NCBI GenBank assembly: GCA_016194745.1
Contig: JACQBA010000013.1
Location: 822-64,821, forward strand
Direction: 5' to 3'
From: Elusimicrobiota bacterium
Lineage (GTDB): Bacteria; Elusimicrobiota; Elusimicrobia; UBA1565; JACRDR01
Length of the DNA: 64,000 bases
Made by a program: the position numbers and the translations under genes. Under the pieces are notes generated by a model. The model ran no database searches. It was not told the DNA's origin and saw nothing but the letters and a program-made list of their open reading frames with translations. Below are positions 10,000 to 19,597 of the stretch, piece after piece. The number at the start of each line of letters is the position of its first letter. Position 1 is the stretch's first letter.

Positions 10000-10187
10000 C
10001 TCCTCAGCTTCCAGCCGCCTGGTCCGTAAATTAGAGGAGCTCGATCAGCGCGGCGCGGCACCAAGTTCGCGAACTTCTTTCGATGGTTGCTGGGTCCGAT
10101 CCTTCGCGGTCAATATCGGGTGAGGCTTGCGGAATTGCGAGCCAGGTTCTTCACAACGCCGTGAAACTACGTCAGGTAGGAACGTCG

Positions 10188-11264
10188 TTAGGGAACGCGA
10201 CGAAGCTCTTGCACGGTGGCGTTTTGATCGCGACTGCCGGTGGTCGCGGTCCGTTCCTCCGGCCTGGCGCCGCGCATCACTCCGGTGACTTCTTCGGAAA
10301 CGCCCCTCGTCTTGTCACCTTTAACGGAGGTGGCCTCTAATGCCTCCATCTCCGCTTTGGAATCCGGGGAGTCCGCAGACGCCTGCACCGGCGCATTGTC
10401 GGCGTCGGAGGTGTCGGAATTGGCGCGGAAACCGGAGGGCGGACCCGCGACTGTGTAGGTCGGGCGAGGAGCGGCGACGCGGACCGTCTTGCCGAGGTCC
10501 GGCACGTGCGCTTTCTGCTGCGGCGGCGCGGGCGGCTCCTGGCCTTCGATCCGGTGGTTCGGCATCTCCTCGATGGGCGGCGCGCGGCGAGCCTCGCGAT
10601 ATTGAGCGGCGGGCGCAAGCCTCTGGGAGGAGAGCGCGACGCCGCGCGGGTTGGAACGGACATCGGAAAGATAGGCGTGCTCCATCCGCTCGGACTGGCG
10701 GCCCGGGCCGGACAAGCGGGTCGAATCCACGCGCGCCGGCGCCGGCTGCACGGCGATCGACGGCCGGCCGCGATGTCGCGCGTAGGCGCGTGCGTTGACC
10801 GGCGTATCGCGATCGCCCGCTTCGTAGCCTGCGTCCCGTACGGAGGCCGCTGCCTGCACGACGCCGGAGGAGGCCTCTCCGGGACCGCCGGAGCCGCGCC
10901 TCGAGAGGGTCGAGGACATCGGGATCGGAATGCCGCCGGACACGGCGAGGGAGTCCACGGCCCACACGACGTCGGACGGGCGCGGCGCGAAGGCCTCCGC
11001 CTCCGCCGGGACGGCGGCTCGAGGCGTCGTGGACCGTACCGCGTCCGAAACACGCGTTTTCGCCGTCCTCTTCTCGGATGTCATTGCGATGGAGGGAGTG
11101 CGCCACAGCGCGGTGAATCCCGGCATCCGGAGGAGGAGCGAAGAGATCGGGTTGCGTAAACAGTAGCCTAAGGTGGCCACGACCACGAAGGCGGCGAACA
11201 CCCGCAGGAGGTAGCGTTCCTCGTCGAGCGGCTGGGGAGAATCGTCTTTTTGTCCCTGGTCCAT
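10188..11264 (-). CDS. Hypothetical membrane-anchored Ser/Ala/Pro-rich protein
   Basis: One N-terminal TM (LLRVFAAFVVVATLGY); only non-Arg-rich frame among competing ORFs here; downstream of RR/HK operon. Confidence 0.35.
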   Translation of the reverse strand: MDQGQKDDSPQPLDEERYLLRVFAAFVVVATLGYCLRNPISSLLLRMPGFTALWRTPSIAMTSEKRTAKTRVSDAVRSTTPRAAVPAEAEAFAPRPSDVVWAVDSLAVSGGIPIPMSSTLSRRGSGGPGEASSGVVQAAASVRDAGYEAGDRDTPVNARAYARHRGRPSIAVQPAPARVDSTRLSGPGRQSERMEHAYLSDVRSNPRGVALSSQRLAPAAQYREARRAPPIEEMPNHRIEGQEPPAPPQQKAHVPDLGKTVRVAAPRPTYTVAGPPSGFRANSDTSDADNAPVQASADSPDSKAEMEALEATSVKGDKTRGVSEEVTGVMRGARPEERTATTGSRDQNATVQELRRVP

Positions 11265-11340
11265 GACCTCGCACCCGTCGGACCGACCCTATAAAGAGTA
11301 TGTGAAGACGCAGCAACCGCCCGGTAACCGCTCCGGCGGC

Positions 11341-12033
11341 CTATTTGGCCCGGAACCGGTACCCGATCCCGTGGACCGTCTCGAGGACGTCCGCGTGCGC
11401 CCCGAGCTTGCGCCGCAGGTTTTTCACATGATTGTGGATGTTCTCGGAGTTCAGAATCTTGGAGCCCTCCGAGAGCGTCTCGGAGATCGCCTGATACGTC
11501 AGCACGACGCCCCGGCGCTCCGCGAGCCGGGTCAGGAGATCGAATTCCATCGGCGTCAGCTCCAGGCTGGCCGCGCCCGCGCTCACCTGGCGCGTGCGCA
11601 AGTCGATGCGCACGCCGCCGGCCTCGATCAAGTCCTGCGGGACGCCGTCGAAGCGGGAGCGCCGAAGCTGCGCCGCCACGCGCGCCAGGAGCTCCTTCAC
11701 CGAGAACGGCTTGACCATGTAGTCGTCGGCGCCCGTCATGAGGCCGGAGACCTTGTCGGCCTCTTTCCCATGCACGGTCATCATGATGATCGGCACGCGC
11801 GCCACGCTCGGCGTGTTGCGGACGATCTTGATGAGCTCGATCCCGGAGATGCCGGGAAGATCGCGGTCGAGGAGGACCGCGTCGATGACGCCGCCCGTCA
11901 TGAAGCCGAACGCCTGGTCGGCCGTCTGCGCCCAGCGCACCGAGTATCCCGCCTGGGTGAGCGCGGGCTCGACGACCCGCGCGATGGTTTTGTCGTCCTC
12001 GACGAGGAGTATGGTCGCCGATTGGGTGCTCAT
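11341..12033 (-). CDS. OmpR-family response regulator (REC + winged-helix)
   Basis: ILLVEDD…D…KPF receiver; C-terminal Trans_reg_C (…LTPMEFDLL…GIGYRF); start is internal Met of fused track ORF 11341..13371; ATGA overlap with HK. Confidence 0.85.
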   Translation of the reverse strand: MSTQSATILLVEDDKTIARVVEPALTQAGYSVRWAQTADQAFGFMTGGVIDAVLLDRDLPGISGIELIKIVRNTPSVARVPIIMMTVHGKEADKVSGLMTGADDYMVKPFSVKELLARVAAQLRRSRFDGVPQDLIEAGGVRIDLRTRQVSAGAASLELTPMEFDLLTRLAERRGVVLTYQAISETLSEGSKILNSENIHNHVKNLRRKLGAHADVLETVHGIGYRFRAK

Positions 12034-13469
12034 GCCCGTCCTCCCGCCTCGGCCATTTCCTCGGCCTCCTTCGCCTGGGCAAGTCTCAGGCTGATGCGCG
12101 TGCCCGCGCCGGGCTCCGATTCGACTTCGATCTCGCCGCCCATCGACTCCATCGACTCCTTGATGATGAACAGGCCGAGCCCCGTCCCGTGGGTCAAGCT
12201 CGCCCGCTGGGAGGACGCGCTCCCCTGCTGGAACGGCTGAAAGAGTTCGCCGAGCGTCGTCCGGTCGATGCCCTGCCCGGTGTCCTTCACGCTCAGCTCG
12301 ACGACGCCGCCGGACGCCCGGGCGCTCACGACGATCGAGCCGCCCGACGGCGTGAACTTGAGGGAGTTCGAGAGCAGGTTCGAGATCGCCCGCTCGAGCC
12401 GCTCGGCGTCGGCCGACACCGACGGAAGGTCCGCGGGAAGGTCGAGCCGCAGCGCGATCCCCTCGTTGGCGGCGAAGGGGCCGTACAGCGCCTCGAGACT
12501 CTTGAGGATCGCCGCGAGGGACACCGGCCGCGGATGGCACTCCATGCGCCCGGCCTTGATCTTCGCCGCGTCGAGGATGTTCGAGATGAAGACGCCGAGA
12601 CGCGAGGCGTTCTCGGCGAGGCCGGCCAACGTCTGGCGGTGCTTGGGAAGGATCTTGCCGTGGTCGGGATCGTCGTGGAGCATGAAGTCGAGCGCCATCT
12701 GTATCGCCACCAGGGGCGTGCGCAGGTCGTGCGAGACGCTGGCGACGGAGGCGTCCTTCATGTCGTCGATCGTCCGCAGGCGCATCACCATCTCGTTGAA
12801 GCGGTGCGCCAGCTGCCCGAACTCGCTCGAGGACGTGACCGGCACCTGCACGGACAAATTCCCCTTGCCGACTTCCTCCGCGGCGTCCGCGAGGCTGATG
12901 ACCGGGCGCGACAGGAAGACCGCGAGGCTCAGCCCGAGCGCCGCCGCGAGAAGGATGCCGCCCGCGCCGACGAGGACGATCGAGGGCAGGAGGAATCGCA
13001 CGAGGTCGCCCAGCGCCGCCCGCTTCGCGTCGGCCTGCACGCCGACGCAGGCTCGGGCGCTCGAGGATCCCCATGTGACCGGCCGCTCGATCTCCGACGT
13101 CTTCCCGTAGGACGCCTTCCATGCGTCGCCGGAGGCGCCGACGAACCGGGGATCGCTGTGGGCGACGATCTTGCCGTCCGATTCCACGAAGGCGTACTCG
13201 AGCCTGGGGACGGAGGCGGGCAAGGTTCTGACGTACTCGCGCAGCCCGCGGCTTTCCCCGCCCGCGAGGGAGGCCTGCGCGACGGCGGCGAGCGCGGCCG
13301 CGTGGCGCTCGTGCTCCTGGGCGACCATGCTCGAGAGCAGGAACGCGGAGCCGGCCGCGGCCGCGAGCCACGCGACCACGAACGTGAACGCGACCGCCGC
13401 CCCGACGGTCAAGCCCGTAAAGGTGCGAATCTTCATGCAGGAACGCCGCTTTTTCAGTATAACAGGCAC
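12030..13469 (-). CDS. Sensor histidine kinase (2 TM, HAMP, HisKA, HATPase_c)
   Basis: SVSHDLRTPL H-box; HAMP EFGQLAHRFNEMV; GTGLGLFI ATP-lid; alternative start MKIRTF at 13436. Confidence 0.85.
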   Translation of the reverse strand: MPVILKKRRSCMKIRTFTGLTVGAAVAFTFVVAWLAAAAGSAFLLSSMVAQEHERHAAALAAVAQASLAGGESRGLREYVRTLPASVPRLEYAFVESDGKIVAHSDPRFVGASGDAWKASYGKTSEIERPVTWGSSSARACVGVQADAKRAALGDLVRFLLPSIVLVGAGGILLAAALGLSLAVFLSRPVISLADAAEEVGKGNLSVQVPVTSSSEFGQLAHRFNEMVMRLRTIDDMKDASVASVSHDLRTPLVAIQMALDFMLHDDPDHGKILPKHRQTLAGLAENASRLGVFISNILDAAKIKAGRMECHPRPVSLAAILKSLEALYGPFAANEGIALRLDLPADLPSVSADAERLERAISNLLSNSLKFTPSGGSIVVSARASGGVVELSVKDTGQGIDRTTLGELFQPFQQGSASSQRASLTHGTGLGLFIIKESMESMGGEIEVESEPGAGTRISLRLAQAKEAEEMAEAGGRA

Positions 13470-13473
13470 CCCG

Positions 13474-14229
13474 ATGGTGTCAAGGCGACGGCACTGGTGG
13501 CGCAGTCATTTCGACGTGGAGACTCTGGCCGGCTACGGCCTCGAGGCGAAGACGAACGGCGAGGTACGCGGGCTCATTCGCCTCCTCGATCTCAAGCCGG
13601 GCGCCGAGGTCCTCGATCTGTGCTGCGGCGCGGGCAGGCACGCGGTGCTGCTCGCGGCCCGCGGCATGCGCGTCACCGGCGTCGACATCAAGCCCGACCT
13701 GCTCGCCGCGGCGCGTCGCGAGGCGGCGGCCCGGGGCGTCGCGCTCGAGCTCCGGCGCGCGGACATGCGGCGCCTCCCCTTCCGCGGCCGCTTCGACGTC
13801 GTGGCGAACCTGTTCACCTCCTTCGGCTATTTTCTGGACGAGAAGGACGACGCCCGCGCCCTCCGATCGGCGCGCCGGGCGCTCAAGCCGGGCGGACGGC
13901 TCGTCCTGGATCTTCTGAACCGCGATTGGCTGGTGCGCCATTTCAAGCCGCGCTTCGTCCAGAAGGAGCGGAGCGGTCCCTTAGCCAAGGCCGTCAACCG
14001 GCTCGCGTTCGACCCGATGAGCGGCCGCCTCGACAACCGGAGGACGCTGATCGGCCGCGACGGTCGCGCGCGGGAGACGTTCCTCAGCTTCCGCGTGTAC
14101 GCGCTCACCGAGATCCGCCGCCTGCTCGACGACGCAGGCCTCCGGCTCTTGAGCGTCCGCGGAGGATTGAACGGCTCGCCCTACGGCATGGATTCCTTCA
14201 GGATGGTCGTCGTCGCCCGCAAGCGCTAG
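13474..14229 (+). CDS. Class I SAM-dependent methyltransferase
   Basis: Motif I VLDLCCGAGRH; start chosen at MVSRRRHWW (track ORF 13171 start would overlap HK). Confidence 0.75.
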   Translation: MVSRRRHWWRSHFDVETLAGYGLEAKTNGEVRGLIRLLDLKPGAEVLDLCCGAGRHAVLLAARGMRVTGVDIKPDLLAAARREAAARGVALELRRADMRRLPFRGRFDVVANLFTSFGYFLDEKDDARALRSARRALKPGGRLVLDLLNRDWLVRHFKPRFVQKERSGPLAKAVNRLAFDPMSGRLDNRRTLIGRDGRARETFLSFRVYALTEIRRLLDDAGLRLLSVRGGLNGSPYGMDSFRMVVVARKR

Positions 14230-14239
14230 CAGGGTGCTG

Positions 14240-14425
14240 CTAGCGATCGAACAGGTTGGGGGCGTCCAGCTCGCGCATCTTCCGGCGCTCGAGCCAGTAC
14301 CAGCCGCCGCCGGAGGCGAAGAAGATGCCGATCGTCCACGCGTCCGCGCGCCACAGCACCGCCAGGAAGAAATCGATCACGGCGATCGTGAACAGGAGCC
14401 ACCGGAATCCGCGTCTCTGGACCAT
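14240..14425 (-). CDS. Small hypothetical 2-TM membrane protein (61 aa)
   Basis: WLLFTIAVIDFFLAVLW and TIGIFFASGGGWYWL hydrophobic segments; no homology recognised. Confidence 0.3.
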   Translation of the reverse strand: MVQRRGFRWLLFTIAVIDFFLAVLWRADAWTIGIFFASGGGWYWLERRKMRELDAPNLFDR

Positions 14426-14506
14426 GGGTCTTGCGCGCCGAGGGCACTATGATACAATAATGCCGTCGGCGGAAATTTTCTCGGACTGTCCGGAGGGATC
14501 CTTCCC

Positions 14507-16051
14507 ATGAAATCACTTTGGATCAACAACCGCTCGGTGCCCAGCGACGGCAAGCCGATCCCCGTCGTGAACCCGGCCGACGAGGCGCTCCTCGACGAGG
14601 CGCCCGACGCGACGCGCGAGGAGGTGTCCCGCGCGGTGGCGGCCGCCAAGGCGGCGTTCCCGAAGTGGTGGAAGGACGTGAGCGCGCACGAGAAGGCGGA
14701 ACTGCTCCACGAGATTTCACGGCGCTTCAAGGCCAAATCGAGCGAGATCGCGCGGACGATGACGCTCGAGGGCGGAAAACCCCTGCGAGAGAACCAGGAC
14801 GAGATCGGCTGGGTGGCGAGCTGCTTCGACTACTACGCGGAGCTGCAGCGCAACAACCGCGGCCGCGTCATCCCCTCCGTCGAGCCGAGCCAGCTCGCGA
14901 TGGTGCTCAAGGAGCCCTACGGCGTCGTGGGCTGCATCGTCCCGTGGAACTACCCGCTCCTCCTGCTCGCGTGGAAGGTGGCGCCCGCGCTGGCCGCCGG
15001 GAACACGATCGTCATCAAGCCCGCGGAGCAGACGCCGCTGTCGACGCTCATGCTTTCCTCCGTGTTCGAGTGCCTGCCTCCCGGCGTCGTGAACATCGTG
15101 ACGGGACGCGGACAGACCGCCGGCGACGCGCTCGTGCGCCATCCGGACGTCGCGATGATCGCCTTCACGGGGAGCCTCGAGACGGGCAAGGCGGTCGGCC
15201 GGATCTGCGCCGACCTCGTGAAGAAGTGCCATCTCGAGCTCGGCGGCAAGGACCCGTTCGTCGTGGCCGAGGATTCCGACATCGAGATCGCCACGCGCGC
15301 CGTCGCCTGGGCCGCGTTCCTGAACACGGGACAGGTGTGCACCTCCTCCGAGCGCATCTACGTGCACAAATCGATCGCCGAGGAGTTCATCGCCGAACTC
15401 CACGATTTCACGAAAGGGCTCGTGGTCGGCCCCGGGATGCACCCCGACACCGACATCGGCCCGATGATCGGCGGCGAGAACCGCAAGAAGGTCGAGGCCC
15501 ACGTCCTCGAGGCGGTCAAGCGCGGCGCCCGCGTGATCCAAGGCGGCCGCAGGCCTCCCCACTTGAAGAAGGGCTACTTCTACGAGCCGACGATCCTGAC
15601 CGACGTGAACCACTCGATGCAGGTGATGCGCGACGAGACCTTCGGCCCGGTCTGCCCGATCATGACCTACAAGGAGTTCGACGAGGCGATCGCGCTCGCC
15701 AACGACACGCAGTTCGGCCTGGGCGCGGTCCTCTACACCAACGATCCCAAGAAAGCCAAGCGGTTCTTCGAGTCGGTCCAGGCGGGCACGATCTGGATCA
15801 ACGATCCGCTGACGGACAACGACGCCGGCCCCTTCGGCGGCTACAAGGCCACGGGCGGGCACCGCGAGCTGGGCGAGGAAGGCCTAGAGGCGTTCCGGCA
15901 GACGAAGCACGTGCACTGGGATTTCGAGCAGACGGCCAAGCCGTGGTGGTACCCCTACGGCGAGAAGTCGCTCAACATCGCGGCTCAGAAGCTGAAAGCG
16001 GCGGGCGCCGCCGCCAAGGGAACGTCCAAGTACAAGACCGTTACGGAGTGA
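14507..16051 (+). CDS. NAD(P)-dependent aldehyde dehydrogenase
   Basis: ELGGKDP and catalytic GQVCTSSER motifs; GGAGGG SD 8 nt upstream. Confidence 0.9.
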   Translation: MKSLWINNRSVPSDGKPIPVVNPADEALLDEAPDATREEVSRAVAAAKAAFPKWWKDVSAHEKAELLHEISRRFKAKSSEIARTMTLEGGKPLRENQDEIGWVASCFDYYAELQRNNRGRVIPSVEPSQLAMVLKEPYGVVGCIVPWNYPLLLLAWKVAPALAAGNTIVIKPAEQTPLSTLMLSSVFECLPPGVVNIVTGRGQTAGDALVRHPDVAMIAFTGSLETGKAVGRICADLVKKCHLELGGKDPFVVAEDSDIEIATRAVAWAAFLNTGQVCTSSERIYVHKSIAEEFIAELHDFTKGLVVGPGMHPDTDIGPMIGGENRKKVEAHVLEAVKRGARVIQGGRRPPHLKKGYFYEPTILTDVNHSMQVMRDETFGPVCPIMTYKEFDEAIALANDTQFGLGAVLYTNDPKKAKRFFESVQAGTIWINDPLTDNDAGPFGGYKATGGHRELGEEGLEAFRQTKHVHWDFEQTAKPWWYPYGEKSLNIAAQKLKAAGAAAKGTSKYKTVTE

Positions 16052-16727
16052 TCCGGATGTCGTGGCCGCCGCCCTGCTGCTGGCCGCCGGCGGCGCCGGC
16101 GCCGGGGAGCATGCCGGGAGGCAGGTTGCCGGGAAGGCCGTAGGTCTCCGCCTGCCGCTTCGCCTTGTCCTTCTTTTCTTCTTCCTGGAACGAGATCGTC
16201 TTCAGCTGTTTTTTCGGCATCGCGGTGCCCAGGGAATTGTCGCCGGACGACGTCTCGTCGTCCGAGGACTTCTTTCCTTTCTTTCCCTTCTTTTTCTTGA
16301 CGACCGGGTTGCCGTCGGCGTCGAACAGATAGGTGCTCTTCTCGCTCGACACGGCCAGGTATTTCGATTCGTCGTAGTTGTAGCCGGAAGGCTTGCGCTT
16401 CTTCTTCTTGGCGGGCGGGGCGGCCGTCTTGGTCGCGGGCTTCTTGGAGCCCTTGGACTTTCCCTTTTTCTTGGCGGGCTTCTTCTCGGGCTCGTCCCCT
16501 TCGCCCTCGCCCTCGGACTTTGAGGCCTCCGCCTGCTCGACGTCGGGGGCGGGGCCTTCGCCGGCCTCGCCGTCGGCGCCTTCCTCGGGAGGAGGACCGC
16601 CTTCTTCGCCGGTCCCTACGTGGCCGGCCGCCATATCGCCTTCATCCTCGGCCCGCGCCAGGCGCAGCGGAGGCGCGCCGACGATCGCGGCGCAGATCAG
16701 GAACGTCAGGACTCGACGGGTCTGCAT
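16041..16727 (-). CDS. Secreted Lys-rich low-complexity protein (possible polyanion/DNA-binding)
   Basis: Signal peptide MQTRRVLTFLICAAIVGAPPLRLARA; KKKGKSKGSKKP / KKKKRKP / KKKKGKKGKK tracts. Confidence 0.45.
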   Translation of the reverse strand: MQTRRVLTFLICAAIVGAPPLRLARAEDEGDMAAGHVGTGEEGGPPPEEGADGEAGEGPAPDVEQAEASKSEGEGEGDEPEKKPAKKKGKSKGSKKPATKTAAPPAKKKKRKPSGYNYDESKYLAVSSEKSTYLFDADGNPVVKKKKGKKGKKSSDDETSSGDNSLGTAMPKKQLKTISFQEEEKKDKAKRQAETYGLPGNLPPGMLPGAGAAGGQQQGGGHDIRITP

Positions 16728-16777
16728 GGGGCGTGGGGTGTGCTCGGCCTAAAGTATACGTCGAGAAACGCGCGATT

Positions 16778-17500
16778 TCAAGGCTTCGCCTGCCACAGGG
16801 CCCGGCCGACGAAGAAGGGCCCCATCTTCTCGATGAACTGGGACGTCTGCCGCGTCTTTCGCATGGCCTGCACGCAGGCCGAAAGCGGATAGAGATCGCG
16901 GCCGATCAGCCCAATGATGAAATCGTTGTCGTTCTTGTCGAGACCGAAGCAGGCGAGGCGGACGTCCTTGGCCAAGGCGGCCTCGCCGAAGGCGTGCCCG
17001 ATCTTGCCGTGCTCGCGCAGCATCGCCGACTGCTCGTCCGGCGGCATCGCCGCGAACGCGCCGGCGCGGCGCAGCGGGTACCAGATCGCCCAGGGCCACT
17101 CCGGGTCGAGCGCCGAGCGCCGGGGCTTGCGCAGGAGCCAGTCCTCGAGGTCCGGCTCGTGCCCGATCGCGTAGGTGCGGCCGAGCCAGGTGTACTCGGG
17201 CTTCGCCTGGAGCGCCGCGAAGGGGCCTCCGTCCAGGAGCGAGCGCACGCGGCTGACGATGAGCTCCGGCACCTCGTTCATGACCAGGAGGCCGACGCCG
17301 CGCGGATCGTTCGCGTCCTCGTAGAGCACGCCCTGGATGCCCGACTTCTCGAGCTGGGCGATCAGCGCTTTCTCGTCCTCGCAGCCGGTGAAGGCGAGGA
17401 ACTGCATGAACAGGCGCGTGTCGGATTTCTGCCTCTCTCCGCCGCCTTTGACCGCGCCCTTCTCGCTGATGTCGAGTTTGTCTTCCATCGCCGGTTGCAT
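16778..17500 (-). CDS. Chlorite dismutase / HemQ (coproheme decarboxylase)-family heme protein
   Basis: C-terminal …HGKIGHAFGE… (proximal His region) and …FIEKMGPFFVG matching HemQ …GEFGSFFVG. Confidence 0.6.
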   Translation of the reverse strand: MQPAMEDKLDISEKGAVKGGGERQKSDTRLFMQFLAFTGCEDEKALIAQLEKSGIQGVLYEDANDPRGVGLLVMNEVPELIVSRVRSLLDGGPFAALQAKPEYTWLGRTYAIGHEPDLEDWLLRKPRRSALDPEWPWAIWYPLRRAGAFAAMPPDEQSAMLREHGKIGHAFGEAALAKDVRLACFGLDKNDNDFIIGLIGRDLYPLSACVQAMRKTRQTSQFIEKMGPFFVGRALWQAKP

Positions 17501-17589
17501 GCACGTCCTCCGTACGGCCCTATTATCTCAAATATGGGCCGGGCTGTTCCACGATTGCCGCCGACGGCCGGATAGCATAGAATGCGTCC

Positions 17590-18648
17590 ATGAAATCCCC
17601 CTTCCGGATCGTCGGCGGCGACGTCGCGGCGTTCACGGTCGCGCTGAAGGTCCCCTTCATCACGTCGGCGGGACGCAAGGAGGCCACGACCAACGTCGGC
17701 GTGACCTTGCGCCTGCAGGGCGGCGCGCGGGGCTACGGGGAGGCGTCGGGCTCCGTCGTGCAGAAGCACTTGAGGCCCGCCCGCTTGGCGCTGGCTCTCC
17801 GCCGCGAGGTCCGGCGCTGCCTCGGCCGGGACGCTCGGGATGCCGCGCGCCTCGCGCGCGCGGCCTGGGTCCACTGCGCGGAGGTCTCCCCGGCGGCTGC
17901 GGCCTTCGAATGCGCCCTCCTCGACGCGGCGACGCGCCAGATGGGCGTGCCGCTCGTCGAATGGCTGGGCGGCGCCGCGTCGAGGATCGAGACCGACATC
18001 ACGCTGTCCGCGGCGGGGACGGGGGAGGCCCGGGCGGCGGCCCTGCGCGGGCACGACGACGGCTTTCAGACGTTCAAGATCAAAGTCGGCACCGGCTTCG
18101 CCGAAGACTTGGCCCGCGTCGAGGCGGCCTGGACCGCGCTCAAGGGCTCGACCAGGGCCCTGCGCATCATCCTCGACGGCAACCAAGGGATGACGCGCTC
18201 CTCCGCCTTGCGGCTCGCGGAGGCCTGCTTGTCCCGAGGCGCTCCCGTCGTGCTCTTCGAGCAGCCCCTGCCGCGCGGGAAACTGCGGGACTCGGCCGCG
18301 CTGCGCCGCGCGAGCCCGGTGCTCGTCGCCGCGGACGAGGACGTCCGCAGCCGCGAGGACGCCCTGCGCGTGCTGGAGGCGGACGCGGCGGACGTGCTCA
18401 ACATCAAGGTCGCCAAGACGGGCATCGCGGAAAGCCGCGACATCGTCGCCTTGGCCCGCGCGGGACGAAAACGCCTCATGATCGGCTGCATGCAGGAGAC
18501 GGCCCGCGGCCTCGAGGCCTCCGCGTGCCTCGCCCTCGGCACGGGGGCCTTCGAGTTCGTGGACCTGGACTCGGACCATCTGCTGGTCCCGACGCAGCCG
18601 CGGGGCGCGCTGGTGCGGGAGGGACCGTGGCTGTCGCTGCGCGATTGA
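17590..18648 (+). CDS. Enolase-superfamily enzyme (mandelate racemase/muconate-lactonizing family; dipeptide epimerase or o-succinylbenzoate synthase-like)
   Basis: KIKVG, ILDGNQG, FEQP, AADED metal-ligand motifs. Confidence 0.75.
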   Translation: MKSPFRIVGGDVAAFTVALKVPFITSAGRKEATTNVGVTLRLQGGARGYGEASGSVVQKHLRPARLALALRREVRRCLGRDARDAARLARAAWVHCAEVSPAAAAFECALLDAATRQMGVPLVEWLGGAASRIETDITLSAAGTGEARAAALRGHDDGFQTFKIKVGTGFAEDLARVEAAWTALKGSTRALRIILDGNQGMTRSSALRLAEACLSRGAPVVLFEQPLPRGKLRDSAALRRASPVLVAADEDVRSREDALRVLEADAADVLNIKVAKTGIAESRDIVALARAGRKRLMIGCMQETARGLEASACLALGTGAFEFVDLDSDHLLVPTQPRGALVREGPWLSLRD

Positions 18649-18679
18649 CGAAATCCATTCCCCGAGCTACACTCACCCC

Positions 18680-19597
18680 GTGACCTGCGCCACCTGCGGT
18701 TCGGAGTACGACGCGGCCCAAGGACCTTGTCCCGGGTGCGCCGGCGCGCCCGCGGCGCCCGCCGGATTCTGGGCCCGCGGCGGCGCTTCCTTCATCGACT
18801 CGATCGTGCTCGCCGTCGCGGCCGGCCTCGCGTCCATTCCCCTCAACATGGCGCTGGGCGGCGCGCCCTTCCTCCAAGGAATCGTCAATTTCCTCGTCGG
18901 CGTCGGGTTCGGCTGCGCGTACTACACGTGGATGACGTCGGCCTACGGGCAGACGTTGGGCAAGATGGCGATCGGCATGCGGGTCGTCTCCGAGGACGGC
19001 TCGCCGGTGCCCGTCGGCCGCGCCCTGGTGCGGTGGCTCGGCTATTACGCGAGCGGCCTCCTGCTCGGCATCGGGTATCTCGTCGCGCCGTTCAATGCCC
19101 AGAAACGCGCGCTCCACGACTTCATGGCGGGGACGAAGGTTGTCTACCTTCCGAAGTGCCGGCCCGTCCTGGGCGCGGTCCTGGGGGTCGTGTCCTTGTT
19201 GGCCGCGATCGTGATCTTCGCCGCGATCGCGTTCATGCTGCCCGCGCTCAAGTCGATGGCGACGAAGGCCCAGGGGCAGTCCTCCATCATGAACGTCGGC
19301 GTCATGAGAAGCGTCTTATCGATCTACTACGGAGAGACCGAGGGCCACTACCCGACGGACAATCTCCAGTCGCTCCTCAATTCCCCCAAACCGCTGCTCC
19401 AGGCGATCCCGATGTCGCAGGTGCCGGATCACCCGGCCACGGCCCAAGTGACCGTAATCCAAGAACTCTCCCAATCGCGGGAACCCGACACGGGAGGCTG
19501 GCTCTACGTCAACAATCCGGGGTCGAAGTCGTTCGGAAACATCTACATCAACTGCACCCACACCGATTCCAACGGGAAAATCTGGTCGACCTACTGA
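18680..19597 (+). CDS. RDD-family membrane protein with N-terminal Zn-ribbon and C-terminal type IV pilin-like globular domain
   Basis: CATCGS…CPGC; RDD core (ASFIDSIVL…YYTW…GQTLGKMAIGMRVV); C-term …SVLSIYYGETEGHYPTD…GGWLYVNNPGSKSFGNIYINCTHTDSNGKIWSTY. Confidence 0.65.
   Translation: MTCATCGSEYDAAQGPCPGCAGAPAAPAGFWARGGASFIDSIVLAVAAGLASIPLNMALGGAPFLQGIVNFLVGVGFGCAYYTWMTSAYGQTLGKMAIGMRVVSEDGSPVPVGRALVRWLGYYASGLLLGIGYLVAPFNAQKRALHDFMAGTKVVYLPKCRPVLGAVLGVVSLLAAIVIFAAIAFMLPALKSMATKAQGQSSIMNVGVMRSVLSIYYGETEGHYPTDNLQSLLNSPKPLLQAIPMSQVPDHPATAQVTVIQELSQSREPDTGGWLYVNNPGSKSFGNIYINCTHTDSNGKIWSTY

Noticed and set aside
11341-13371. 676-aa fused ORF spanning RR and HK region
   Set aside because: The N-terminal 440 aa are Arg-rich out-of-frame readthrough of the HK gene. 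The real RR begins at MSTQSATILLVEDD (12033).
14518-16143. 541-aa + ORF and 381-aa − ORF overlapping the aldehyde dehydrogenase
   Set aside because: Arg-rich alternate-frame or antisense translations. The ALDH frame has clear catalytic motifs.
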